A DNA stretch of 64,000 bases from contig CAWJSJ010000001.1 of the NCBI GenBank assembly GCA_963845565.1, forward strand, positions 512,001-576,000. Direction: 5' to 3'. This DNA is from an uncultured Methylomirabilota bacterium. Its GTDB lineage: Bacteria > Methylomirabilota > Methylomirabilia > Methylomirabilales > 2-02-FULL-66-22. The notes under the pieces are model-generated. The model was not told the origin of the DNA and did not search any database. It saw nothing but the letters and a program-made list of their open reading frames with translations. Position 1 is the first letter of the stretch. Every line of letters starts with the position of its first letter. Positions 48,933 through 59,742 of this stretch are shown here, piece by piece. A program made the translations under genes and the position numbers.

Positions 48933-51900
48933 GTGAAGAGACGAGGCTGGAGAAGGCTGGGGATCACCCTGGCTATTCTGACGGTCGTCTTGATCGTCAC
49001 CGCGATCGTCGTGCCCAGGCTCCTCGACCTCAACCGCTACCACGGCATCATCGTGTCCACGATCCAGAGGGCGGTCGGCGGAACGGTAGGCCTGGGGCGG
49101 ATCTCGTGGGGGTTTTCGCCGGGCATCTGGATCGAGGTCGATGAGATTTCGATCGCCGACGCCTCCGTCTTTCCTGGAGATCTCAGCGCTTCCCGTGTCT
49201 ACGCCAGCGTGTCGATTCCCCCCTTGCTGCACAAGAAGATTATCCTGAACCAGGTGCTGCTGGAGAGGCCGGACGTCCGACTGCGGCTGGCGCCCGGTCG
49301 GCAAGACGAAGGCCCAGGCCCGTCGTCGGGAACGGAAGGGACGAAGGGACGGGCAACCAGCAACGACCTGCAGCGCCCTGCTCCGTGCCAGCCGGCCGGC
49401 ACCGGAGTCCCGTGTTCTCCGGACGCCGCGGGGGGATCCACCGGTGCCGCCGGACCGGTCGAGGTCGAAATCCGGCAACTGGCGATCGAGAAGGGAAACG
49501 TCACGGTGGAGGATGGCGTGACCCTCCCCGGTCGGCGGATGGTACGGGTGTTTTCCGATGTGGATATCACGGCCACCCAAGAGATCCCCGGAGGGGGGAT
49601 TGCATTCGATATCGCCCTGCGGGACGAGGCGCCCGCGGGCCTTGGCGCCCTGAAGGCGCAGGGAACGTTCCGAGGACTGACGACTTCCTTCACCCTCGAC
49701 CATCCACAACTCAACGCGCAAGCAACACTCTCCTCCCTGCATTTGGAAGCCCTCACACCCTATCTCCGAGGCAGCCCCTTGGGCCAGCGGCTGGGCGGCA
49801 GCGCCTCCTTGACAGTCCATTACGATGGCGACCTCAGCAGCCATCACCGGGCGGAGGGGTCTATCGACATCAGTAGAATGACCTACACGGACCCTTCGCT
49901 GTGGCATTCGGCGCTGACGAGCGCTGACGCCGCGATCACCTACAGGGTGAACCTCACTCCCAGTGAGCTTGCGGTTGAGAAACTGGTGCTGAAGCTCGGC
50001 CCGCTCTCCGTGCGGGCCAGCGGTCGCGTGCAGGATTTGAGCGAGCGGCCGGTCATAAGAGATGCCGAGCTTTCCTCCGACCTGCCGTTGCCGGAGTTGG
50101 CGCGGTTCATACCCTGGAAGGTCATGGGAGCCAGCGCTGCTACGCTTCGACCGATCCTTGAGGCTGGTGGAAGGATCGTGATCGACCACGCGGCCCTTCC
50201 CGAAATAGCTCTCGCCGGGCCACCGACCCCGGCGGACACCGTGCTGGGCAAGACCGATCTGACAGCCCGGGTATCCGGAATGTCCGTGCAGCCGTCACCC
50301 AGCATACCCAGGTTCCGGAACATCCGCGGGACCTTCCGGCTGGCCAACGGAATTGCGCTGGTCCAAGGGTTGCGGGCACAGGTAGCATCCGTGGACCTGC
50401 CCGACATTTCGGCAAAGATCACCAACGTGTTCAAGGCCCCCAGAGTGCAGGCCACCATCCAGGGCCAGCTCGCATTACCTCAGGTCCCCGATGAGGAGCT
50501 GGCAGCTTTTCTCCGCCGGTTCGGGGTGGAGGAGGCGAGTGGGGCCGCCGAGGTGGATCTGGCCGTGACGGTGGACACCGCCCAGCCGGAGAATTTTCAG
50601 CTCAAAGGAAATGTCGGCCTGCGGGAAGTCAAGGTGAAGACTGGCGTCAGCCCCGCCCGGCTCGAGGGACTCACGGCCGATCTGGCGATCACGCCCGCCG
50701 TCGTACAGGTCTCCACTCTTTCGACCACCGTGCTGGTACCCCCGACGGTGTCTGCGCCCGGCGGCCGCTTCACGGCCCAACTGCAGGCCCGGGTCGATGG
50801 GTGGCGTGGGCCAACCGCGATCACGCTGCAGCACTTCAAGACGTCACCCGTACCCCTGCCGTTGGTAGCGGCGCTGCTCCCTTGGGAAACGCTTGGCAAA
50901 TCCGCGGCGCCCGTCGAGGCAGTCTTGCGTGGCGGCGGGACCGTGACGTTCGAGGCGCTGACCCTCCCGCCCATCAATCTGTCCGCGCCGCCGCCGACCT
51001 CGACGCAACTGATCCCCCGCGTGAACGCCGCCGTCAGCGTCACGGATCTTGCGGCGCAGCCCACTCCGGACCTTCCCAAGTTCGAGAGCATCACGGGGCA
51101 CCTGAACCTCGCCAACGGGGTGTTGACGGCGACCGATGTACGGGGGAGGGTGGGGCCGCTCTCGGTGGACTCGCCCGGAATAACGGCGAAGGTTAACAGG
51201 CTACTCGACAAGCCCAGAGTGCAGGCCACCATCAAGGGACGGATAGGACTGACCCAGACCTCCGACGACCAGGCGGCAGCTTTTCTCCGCCGGTTCGGGG
51301 TAGAGGAGGCGAGCGGGGCCGCCGAGGTGGATCTGGCCGTGACGGTGGACACCGCCCAGCCGGAGAATTTTCAGCTCAAAGGAAATGTCGGCCTGCGGGA
51401 AGTCAAGGTGAAGACTGGCGTCAGCCCCGCCCGACTCGAGGGACTCACGGCCGATCTGGCGATCACGCCCGCCGTCGTACAGGTCTCCACTCTTTCGACC
51501 ACCGTGCTGGTACCCCCGACGGCTTCGGCCCCGGGCGGCCGCTTCACGGCCCAACTGCAGGCCCGGGTCGATGGGTGGCGTGGGCGACCGTCGATCACGC
51601 TGCAGCACTTCAGAACATCTCCGATATCCCTCCCGGTTTATGCAGAGCTCGTGCCTTGGGAGAAACTGGGCGGATCCGCGCGACCCATCAGGGAGTTGCT
51701 TCTTCCTAGCGGGACGGTGGCGATCGAGGCGCTGACCCTCCCGCCCATCAATCTGTCCGCGCCGCCGCCGACCGTGGCCCAACTGATCCCCCGCGTGAAG
51801 GCCGCCGTCGCCGTCACGGATCTCGCGGCGCAGCCCACGCCGAACCTTCCCAAGTTCGAGAGCATCACGGGGCACCTGAACCTCGCCAACGGGGTGTTGA

Positions 51901-53712
51901 CGGCGACCGACGTGCAAGGGAGGGTGGGGCCGCTCTTGTTACCTGGGTTGAAAGGTTCGTGTTACCGGATTGGCGCGCATCCCAAGGTGGCCGTGAAGGC
52001 CAAGGGACCGCTGCAAGGTCGCCGCAACGAGTGATGCCGACGTCGAGAAGCTGCTGCGGCAGTATGGTCTGAAGAGTCTGGCTGGACAGGCCGTGATCGA
52101 TATGCGTGCTGACTATGATCGGAACACGCCAGACGACTGGGAAGTCCAGGGAACCTTGACGCTAGCCGGTGTCCGGGCCGAAACCCACCCGGAAGCCGTG
52201 GTCGTGGATGGTCTGCGGGGGCGAGTGACCGTGAACCGGGCCACAGCCATAAACATTATCGCGGAGAACATCACCGCGCAGGTCAATCAGGCACCGGTTC
52301 GGCTCTCTGGCAAATTCCTGGGGTTGGGCACTCCGGGTCTGGTGGTGAACGCCACGGCATATGCCAAACAGTTGAACCTCGCGCATGTCCGCGAGTTTTT
52401 TCCCGCTCTCAAACAGGCGGGGTTGGCGGGCACACTTGACATTGATCTGAACGTCTACCTCCCCTATGCCGCTGCCGGGAACAGTCGATTGAAGAAAAGC
52501 CGATTGAATGGGATGCTTGCAACGCATGATGTAAGTTTTCGGCTGCCCGCCGCCAACGTCGGCGTGAAAGAAGGAGAGGGTCAATTCACCCTGAGCGGAA
52601 ATGCTGTCAACATTCAACGGTTCCGGATGCGCCTCAATGATCAGACGGTGGAGGGAACCGGACACATTGCCAACCCAGTGGCGCCGGACATTCAACTAGC
52701 GGTGACATCGCCCGATCTCGACCTCGACCGGTTGATACCACCGGGCGGAGCAGACACGCAAGAGGTCGACTCCTCGCGACAGAATCCAAGCCAGATCGAG
52801 GCGAAGGCAGGCAAATCCGGATTGCCGGCCATGGCACGATTGGTTACCGGGCAGCTCCAGGTCCAGGTGAAGCAGGGTCGGTACAGGGGGCTCACATTTC
52901 AGGATCTGAAGCTTGGTGCAGCCTACGACCATGGCCTGCTTACGGATTACGCCTTGGACTTCGGCGTCAGTGGGGGTCAGATCTCGGCGACAGGCACCGC
53001 CGATCTCCGGGATCCGGAGCGGGTCTCGTTTGTCGTGCGCCCCCAGATCACCTCCCTGAGGCTTGAGGAAGCGGCACCTGTTCTCGGTATTGGATTGGTG
53101 CCTGTCACCGGCCCCATCTCGTTGACGGGACGGGTGCAGGGCAGCACGGGAAGCGTGAAGAATCTCCTCGCCAGCCTCGAGGGAACGCTGGATGTCACCA
53201 TGGGTCCTGGCACAATCACCAGGATAGGGAGATTCGGCGCGACGATGGCAAGGATCATCAGCTTCGCCAGCGTCAGGGGTCTGCTTTCCGGCGACGTGCT
53301 GAGCGATCTCACGAGGGAGGGGTTGCCCTATCGTGCCATCACGACAGAGACCGTCTTTGACAAGGGCAGTATGGGAGTCAACGCGTTCCGTTTCCGAAGC
53401 AACGCGCTGACCATGGACGCGGAGGGACGCGTCGATTTGATCCAAGAGCAGATGGCCATCCAGGTCGCGCTGAGGCCCCTGGGGACCGCAAACACGCTTC
53501 TTGGGTTCCTACCGATCGTGGGCCGACCGCTTGAGGCAATGACCTCAATTCATCTTGTGGTGCGGGGGCCGCTGGATAGGCCGGATGTTAATCTGGCCCC
53601 CGGTCAAGGCATCGAAAGTGCGATCCAAGGGGGGGCGCAGGGGACCGGCTCGATCATCACGGGGATCACCAACTTCCTGCAGAGGGGGACAGGCGAATCA
53701 TCCCGCAAGTGA
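48933..53712 (+). CDS. Large AsmA-family protein, split by a frameshift near 52015 (ORFs 48879-52034 and 52093-53712)
   Basis: N-terminal TM followed by LDLNRY; beta-strand repeats; LDLDRL; C-terminal G..DL...PL......L..LPIVG......V.GPL..P; frame continues as QVAATSDADVEKLL if one base is removed. Confidence 0.8.
50439..51936 (+). repeat. Intragenic tandem duplication, period 774 bp (258 aa)
   Basis: 50439-51162 vs 51213-51936; about 300 bp core nearly identical (TTTTCTCCGCCGGTTCGGGG at 50507 and 51281). Confidence 0.92.
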
Positions 53713-53882
53713 TACCGATGCCCTTCTGGCGGAACTCCAATGCGGGGCCGGTCGTGACGCCGTGCGCGAGGGCGGTCCGGAGTCCGGAGCCGCCAGGGGG
53801 GCACCGTCGCCGGCACCAGTCCCCGTGTCCAGCTTGTCACCCCCGCTGGTGCTGTGGCGCGACTCGCGTCCGGCCGCTGCAC

Positions 53883-54196
53883 CATTCCATCGTCGTGGGG
53901 AGGGCACTTGCTTCCGGGAGTTGGCCCGCACATCCGCTGAATCCCCTGCGGGCGAAGCTGGTGCCGACCTCCCGCGCCTCGACCGCTATCCGTGGCAGGA
54001 TCGGGCGCACGTGCTGGCATGTTTCGTCGCGCGCGAGCGCGCCGCGTGCCGGGCCTATCGCGCGTTCCTCCGCGACGGCCTCCCGCACGGGCGCCACCCC
54101 GAGTTAGTCGTCGGGAGCTTGTTCCGTTCGCTGGGCGGTTGGGGCTACGTCCGCGCGATGCGCCGCCGGGAGGAGCGGATGCGGGCGGATCCGCGT
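53883..54196 (+). pseudogene. Y1 tyrosine transposase (RAYT/IS200-like) remnant
   Basis: Across frames: HSIVV.EGTCFRELAR..[H]LNPLRAKLV, LDRYPW, AYRAFLRDG...RHPELV.G.L.RSLGGW. Confidence 0.65.
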
Positions 54197-54379
54197 CCCG
54201 CATTGCTGGCGCATCCGCTGCGACGCTCGCGGCGCTGCGGGTTCCTGGTCGCTGGCCATGCCCGCAACCAGGGTGAGCAGAGTGCCAGATGTGATTCGAC
54301 GTGCGAGGGGTGACGTTTGCGTCGGGTGTGTTTCTCTCCGGCGGCGGGCGGGGCGCCGTTGCGCTCGAGGGTGCCTGCG

Positions 54380-55288
54380 TCAGGGCGGCGGCAGCGCCAC
54401 CCACGTGGCGTCCGGGTTGAAGCGGGTCATCGCGCTCGCAATGGCCGCCGAAGCGGGGCCGAGGTCCTTCTGATACACGACGCCGTCGTGGTTGACCAGG
54501 AACGACATCACGCCGGTTTCTCCGTAGCGCGCCGGCCACGCGACCAGCGCGAAGCCGTTGGCGAGGTGGCCGCGAGTGAGGTAGCTGCGCGCGCCGCCGC
54601 TGGCCGCCGGACCCTGCGCCTCGAGGATCTTGAACCGGTAGCCGTGATAGCCGTCCTTGAAACGGCGGGTATCGAACAGCGGTCCCGCGGGGCTCGGGGG
54701 CTCGCCGTCCGGCGCGGCCCAGTACAGGCCGTCGCGCTTACCGGGGCTGCTCAAGAAACGGCGGGCGTATTCAAGGACGCCGTCGCCGTTGCGATCCTGC
54801 TCGGCGTATTCGCGCTGTGCGTCGTAGAAGGCGTACATGGCCTTGATCGCCGCGAGCTCGTTGCGGCCGATCCGCCGGATGCGAACCTCCTCCGCCCCGG
54901 CGCGCGCGTCGAAGACCCAGCCGTCGCCGCTGCGGACGATCGGAATCGGCAGCGTCCAGCCGTTGTTCAGCACCAGCCGGGCATTCGCCCCGTTGCGCTC
55001 GACGCGATGACCCTGCGACCACGCGGCCAGGAAGTCCGTGCGGTCCTCTTCGGACAGCGGGTCGAGCGGCATCAGCAGGCGATAGTCGGGACCGAGCACG
55101 ACGCGAACCTTGTCGTCGTCGTGGCACGCGAGGCCATCGACCAGCGCGTCAACCGCGGCCTCCGGTGTGGGGAAGACCTCTTGCGCGGTCGCCGGTGCCG
55201 CGGCCACCAGCGCCGCGACGAACAGCAGCGCCGCGCCACCCCGCGGCCACCACTTGCGCACCGATGTGCGTAGCATAATGGATCCCAT
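54380..55288 (-). CDS. DUF2950 family exported protein
   Basis: F.TPEAA..AL, W.LPIP, RRIGRNEL, DGLYW, YHGY.FKIL, ALVAWPA.YGETGVMSF. Confidence 0.9.
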   Translation of the reverse strand: MGSIMLRTSVRKWWPRGGAALLFVAALVAAAPATAQEVFPTPEAAVDALVDGLACHDDDKVRVVLGPDYRLLMPLDPLSEEDRTDFLAAWSQGHRVERNGANARLVLNNGWTLPIPIVRSGDGWVFDARAGAEEVRIRRIGRNELAAIKAMYAFYDAQREYAEQDRNGDGVLEYARRFLSSPGKRDGLYWAAPDGEPPSPAGPLFDTRRFKDGYHGYRFKILEAQGPAASGGARSYLTRGHLANGFALVAWPARYGETGVMSFLVNHDGVVYQKDLGPASAAIASAMTRFNPDATWVALPPP

Positions 55289-55290
55289 GG

Positions 55291-56767
55291 CTATCGCCGC
55301 CGCGCCGCCGCGCCGCCGGCCGCACCCGAAGCGCGCTGCTGCATCGCCCCCCGACTTGCCGTGCCGCGATCGATCTGTTGACGCGCCTGTGCGGCATTGC
55401 CCGCACCGCGCAGCGCGTTGTCGCGGTTGATCGCGGCGGCGCTGGTGTTCCAGTTCTGCAGTTGCGACCGGTCGGCGCCGCCGGCGCGACTCTGCAGCCG
55501 TGCGCGATCGACGCTTGTCGCGCGGTTCTGCGCTTGCGACCGGTCGACCGTGGCGGCGCGGTCCTGGACGCGGCCGCGGTCGATCCCAGTCGCCTGGCCC
55601 GGAAGCCGGCCGCGGTCCATGCCGGCTGCGCGGTCGCGTACGTTGCCGCCGGTGTCGGAGGTGCCGGGTCGCTGCGGCAGCCGGTTGCGGTCGATGTCGC
55701 GCAGCGCGTTACGGTCGAGATTCTGCGCACCCACGCGATTGGCAAGTTCCTGGCGCGCGTGATCGCGCTGCAGGTCGCGCCCGCGGAATTCGTCGCGCGC
55801 GCGGGCGTCACCGACCGCCGGTCGCAACCGATCGCGCGCTGCCGCACCGCGATAGGGCACGCCGTGGCGATTGCGGACGTCGTGCCGCCAGCTCACGTCG
55901 CGGTCGCGCGAATCGATCCGGCGATTGACGTTGATGGTGTTCCAGCGATTGACGTTGATGTTGACGTCGCGCCGGTGCCAGTTGACGCCGCCCCACAGTG
56001 AGTTCGACACGCCGGATGCTGGGGCCCCACCAGATACCGACGTGGACGGAGACGCCCCAGCCCCAGCGCGGCGGCGGGGGGAAGAAGAACGGCGGAAACG
56101 CCGGATGCCACCACGGGCCGAACGCCCAGACGGGGTGGTAGATCGGCACGAAGACGACCTGCGGATTGGCCGGGACGATGGTGATGATCTGCGTGGGCGG
56201 CGGCGGCGCGTTCACCAGAATCGTCTGGGGCGGCGGCGGCGCGGGCTCGACCGCGACGAGCTGGTGCTCGTTGGATGCGAGGTTGCCCGCGTCCTTCGCC
56301 TTCGCCCGGAGGAACTGCACCGAATCCATCACCTCGCCGGGCTGGCCGAGAAACGCATCGCCCAGGTCGCGCACCCATTGCGGATTCTCACCGAACATCG
56401 CGAGCACCTGCGGGAACGCCACCAGCGACTGCACACTTGGATCCCATGGCTTGTCCCGCACCGCCTCCACCGCCGCGTCGCCCTCGAATTTGCCGCGGTG
56501 CGCGTAGGCCCAATCCACCGCCAGCGCCACGTCCGAGGGATACGTGGACGCCATCAGCACCTGCGACAAGAGGGCGTCGGGAAACAGCGCGATCGACGCG
56601 AGCATCTGGTCGAGCTCGGCGGCGGTGAACGGCGGGGGTTCGGCGGCTCGCACCGATCCGACAGCCAGCAGGCACGCTACCACGAACGCCGCGGAAGCGC
56701 GGCGGAAACGTGAGCGCACGAAGAGGACTATCGGAAGCCGGCAGGCGAAAAGCGCATGATTGCCCAC
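55291..56767 (-). CDS. DUF3300 family protein, frameshift near 56015
   Basis: LDQMLASIALFPDALL.QVL.ASTYP, WDPSV.SL..FP.VL, VMDSVQ.LR, I.PANPQVVFVP.Y; C-terminal W.H...R.GVPY and SRG in the next frame; start uncertain. Confidence 0.85.
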
Positions 56768-56940
56768 GGAGTCACCAGATCGGAAGCTGGAAACTGATCG
56801 CCCCCCCCGCGCGGTCGCCGCGCTGAACGGACGTCCGGGCCGATGGCCGAGCCAGGAAAAACAAACCAGGAGGCAACGGGAGACAGCGGGGACGCTACCA
56901 AGGGAGGCTGGGCTTGTCAAGCGGAAGCAGGTCGCGTCCG

Positions 56941-57101
56941 GCTTTCCCCTTGACACCCCCCGCTGGTGCGTCGGATACTCCGTCTCAACTTTGAGGCATC
57001 CTTCGGATCGCGCGAAGGCCAGGGCCGGCGCGGCTCCGGCAGGCCGCGGGACGGCCGACAGGCGGATCGTTCCCGCGCCCCGCAAAAGCAAACTCCCATC
57101 A
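56941..57101 (+). promoter_or_regulatory. Promoter plus structured leader, copy 1 (duplicated at 58703)
   Basis: TTGACA-N18-GATACT; hairpins; GCCGACAGGCGGATCGT and GCGCCCCGCAAA shared with copy 2. Confidence 0.6.
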
Positions 57102-57109
57102 CCACCCCT

Positions 57110-58012
57110 GTGTGCCATGCGTTGCCACCCGTCCCTGTTCTCGTTTTCGCGCGTGACTCGCTGCAGTTCGTCCGCCGGGTCTTTACGACCTTCATGCAGA
57201 ATCAAGGCCTGCTGTTGGCCGGCGCGGCGGCCTACTACATGCTGTTGTCGATCCTGCCGCTGCTGATCCTGCTGGTCCTGACGCTGTCGCCGTTCCTGCC
57301 CGAGGAGGAGCTGCTGTCGACCTTGAGCCGCTATGTGGAACTGATGGCGCCCGGGCACGCCGAACCGCTGGTGGAGCAACTGGCCAAGTTTCTCGGGCAT
57401 CGCGAGGTCACCGGGGGAGTCCTGCTGGCGACCCTGCTCTTCTCCAGTTCTCTCGCCTTCACCGTCCTCGAGAAATCGATGGCGACCATTTTCCACCATC
57501 GCGTCAAAACCCATACGCGACACTGGTTCACCTCGGCGCTCATTCCCTACGCCTTCATCGTGATGATCGGCGCCGGCCTGCTGCTGGTCACGCTGGCCTC
57601 TGGCGCGCTGGAGGCGCTCGGCACCCGGGAGGTCGCTGTTTTCGGCCACATTCGCTCACTGGAGGGAATGTCCGGCGCACTGCTGTACGCCATGGGGCTC
57701 ATCGGCGAAATACTGCTATTGAGCGCCATCTACATGGTCATGCCGGCAGGGCGCCTGTCGTGGCGACACGCATTGCTGGGCGGAATCACCGCCGGACTGC
57801 TGTGGGAACTGACGCGGCACCTGCTGGCGTGGTTCTTCGCCACGCTGTCCAGGGTCGGCGTGTTGTATGGAACGTTTGCGACCGCGATCTCGCTGCTGTT
57901 GAGTTTCGAAATCGCCGCCACCGTGCTGCTGGTCGGCGCCCAGGTCATCGCGCTCTATGAGCAGCGGCCGGGCCGCGCTCGGTCGTCGCACGGCCGCGGC
58001 ACAACATCGTGA
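57110..58012 (+). CDS. YihY/BrkB family membrane protein
   Basis: AGAAAYY.LLSILP, multiple TM segments, AL.GG..A..LWE, YG.F; start uncertain. Confidence 0.87.
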   Translation: MCHALPPVPVLVFARDSLQFVRRVFTTFMQNQGLLLAGAAAYYMLLSILPLLILLVLTLSPFLPEEELLSTLSRYVELMAPGHAEPLVEQLAKFLGHREVTGGVLLATLLFSSSLAFTVLEKSMATIFHHRVKTHTRHWFTSALIPYAFIVMIGAGLLLVTLASGALEALGTREVAVFGHIRSLEGMSGALLYAMGLIGEILLLSAIYMVMPAGRLSWRHALLGGITAGLLWELTRHLLAWFFATLSRVGVLYGTFATAISLLLSFEIAATVLLVGAQVIALYEQRPGRARSSHGRGTTS

Positions 58013-58098
58013 TCGGCAGAGTGCGGGAGCGCTCCGGCGCAGGACGACAATCCGGACCCATGGCGATCTCGTCAACCTCGACCCGCAATGGAGGAGCC

Positions 58099-58584
58099 AT
58101 GTTCAGGGGTATCGCGTTAGGCGCAGGGATTGTGGTGGGACTGTCCGCGTGTACCACACCCGGCACGCAGACCGCGGTCCAACCGCCGGCCGTCTTCGAG
58201 CACCGGGTGAGCGCTGCCGACGTCCGCGTGTTCTGGAACTGCACCCAGCCGGAGCAGAACCTTCTCCAGGTGGACGGCGTGGTGCAGAACATCGGGGGAC
58301 AGCGGGTCCGGTTCGCCGAGGTAGAGGTAGTGGCGGTAAACGCCAGCAATCGCACCGTGAGCTCCGCCAGGAGCGCCGTAAGGGACACCGTGCTTCAGAC
58401 CAATCAGAGATCGCCCTTCCTGATCCAGCTCCGCACCTCGGGGGAGGAGGTGCGCTTCGACATGTTCTACAGACACAGGGCGAGAGACACATCCGGCATC
58501 GGCACCGCCATGGATCGCCAGGTCCAGAACATGGCGCGGGACGTCTGCTCGCCGACGCAATACCGCTCTCAAGAGCCCGGCTAG
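58099..58584 (+). CDS. Hypothetical lipoprotein
   Basis: GGAGG RBS; lipobox LSAC; V.G.VQN...VEV beta-rich domain. Confidence 0.7.
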   Translation: MFRGIALGAGIVVGLSACTTPGTQTAVQPPAVFEHRVSAADVRVFWNCTQPEQNLLQVDGVVQNIGGQRVRFAEVEVVAVNASNRTVSSARSAVRDTVLQTNQRSPFLIQLRTSGEEVRFDMFYRHRARDTSGIGTAMDRQVQNMARDVCSPTQYRSQEPG

Positions 58585-58702
58585 AGATCGAGAACGCATT
58601 TATGGTAATGGAAGCGAGTTGACACCCTTATCCAGGGATCCGGGGCTTGACGGTTTCGGGGCAGTTCGTTACGCCGCGCGGCACCCCGGCCCCGGCGTCC
58701 GA

Positions 58703-58860
58703 GCTTCCCCCTTGACACCCCCTGCTTCGCGTCGGATACTCCGCAGGAATTGGAGACCCCCGTCGGGGGGCGCGGACGGCGGGGCCAGCGCGGCTCCGGC
58801 GGGCCGCGGGGTTGCCGACAGGCGGATCGTCGGGCGCCCCGCAAACGCAAATCCCTCTCA
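58703..58860 (+). promoter_or_regulatory. Promoter plus structured leader, copy 2
   Basis: Homologous to 56941-57101. Confidence 0.6.
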
Positions 58861-58884
58861 ACTCTTCGTGGAAAGGTGGGCTTC

Positions 58885-59463
58885 ATGAACAGGCGGACAT
58901 TTCATGCAACCGGCGCAGTGATCCTGGTGGTGTCCCTGCTGGCGTCGATGGGCTGTTCGACCACCAGCGGCCAGTCCGCGGACCCGGCCGCCCGACGCCA
59001 GACCATCGATGCGGGAGTCGACCAGGCCCTCTCCCAGCTCCAGAGGGAAATCCCCACCTCGCAGAGCCTTATTTCCTCGGCGAAGGGCGTGCTGGTCTTC
59101 CCGTCGGTCTTGACGGGGGGCTTCATCGTCGGCGCCGCGCACGGGCAAGGCGCCCTGCGCAAGGGCGGCAAGACCGCCGGCTACTTCAGCACCACGGCGA
59201 TATCCGTCGGGCTGCTCGCCGGCGCCCAATCCAAGGCGGTGTTCATTCTGTTCATGACAGAGGACGCACTGGCCCGGTTCGAGGCCAGCCAGGGCTGGAC
59301 GGCCGGGGTCGACGGCTCGGTGGCGTTGATCACCGTCGGGGCCGCCGCCCAGGTCACCACGCAGACCGGCCAGCAACCCATCGTCGGCTACGTCCTCACG
59401 AACGCCGGGCTGATGGCCAACCTGAGCCTGGATGGCACCCGGATCGTCCGACTCAGCCTGTAA
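58885..59463 (+). CDS. Ysc84/SYLF-domain lipoprotein
   Basis: Lipobox SMGC; AKGVLVFP, GF.VG...G.G, S.GL.AGAQ, F....GW..G, GLM..LSL.GT. Confidence 0.88.
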   Translation: MNRRTFHATGAVILVVSLLASMGCSTTSGQSADPAARRQTIDAGVDQALSQLQREIPTSQSLISSAKGVLVFPSVLTGGFIVGAAHGQGALRKGGKTAGYFSTTAISVGLLAGAQSKAVFILFMTEDALARFEASQGWTAGVDGSVALITVGAAAQVTTQTGQQPIVGYVLTNAGLMANLSLDGTRIVRLSL

Positions 59464-59565
59464 GCCGTTGTCAAAGAATTAGTTGAGCGGAGACATTCCG
59501 AAACGGCATAAGGAGCCGTAACGAAATAGAAAGAGATGTATAGGTTATTTCGTAACGGCTCCTAA
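59461..59565 (+). repeat. MITE-like repeat family 1, subtype A
   Basis: TAAGCCGTTG...CGGCTCCTAA; first TAA is the Ysc84 gene stop codon. Confidence 0.9.
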
Positions 59566-59742
59566 GCCGGCCGACGACCCGGCGGGATCCGAGGGTGGGG
59601 CGCCAGCGCCGGGGCAACGCACGCGTGGCGCGGCCGCACCCTCGGATCCCGCCGAGCCTGAAGGGGAAGCACGGGTTGGGGGGCATACGCGTCAGCGAAT
59701 CGGCACTGACACCTGGTCGAGTACCATGAAGAGGAGTGGGGT

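Noticed and set aside
29065..59565. Family-1 repeats as a CRISPR array or attC sites
   Set aside because: Copies are dispersed over 30 kb with no repeat-spacer periodicity, no cas or integrase gene, and they flank housekeeping genes
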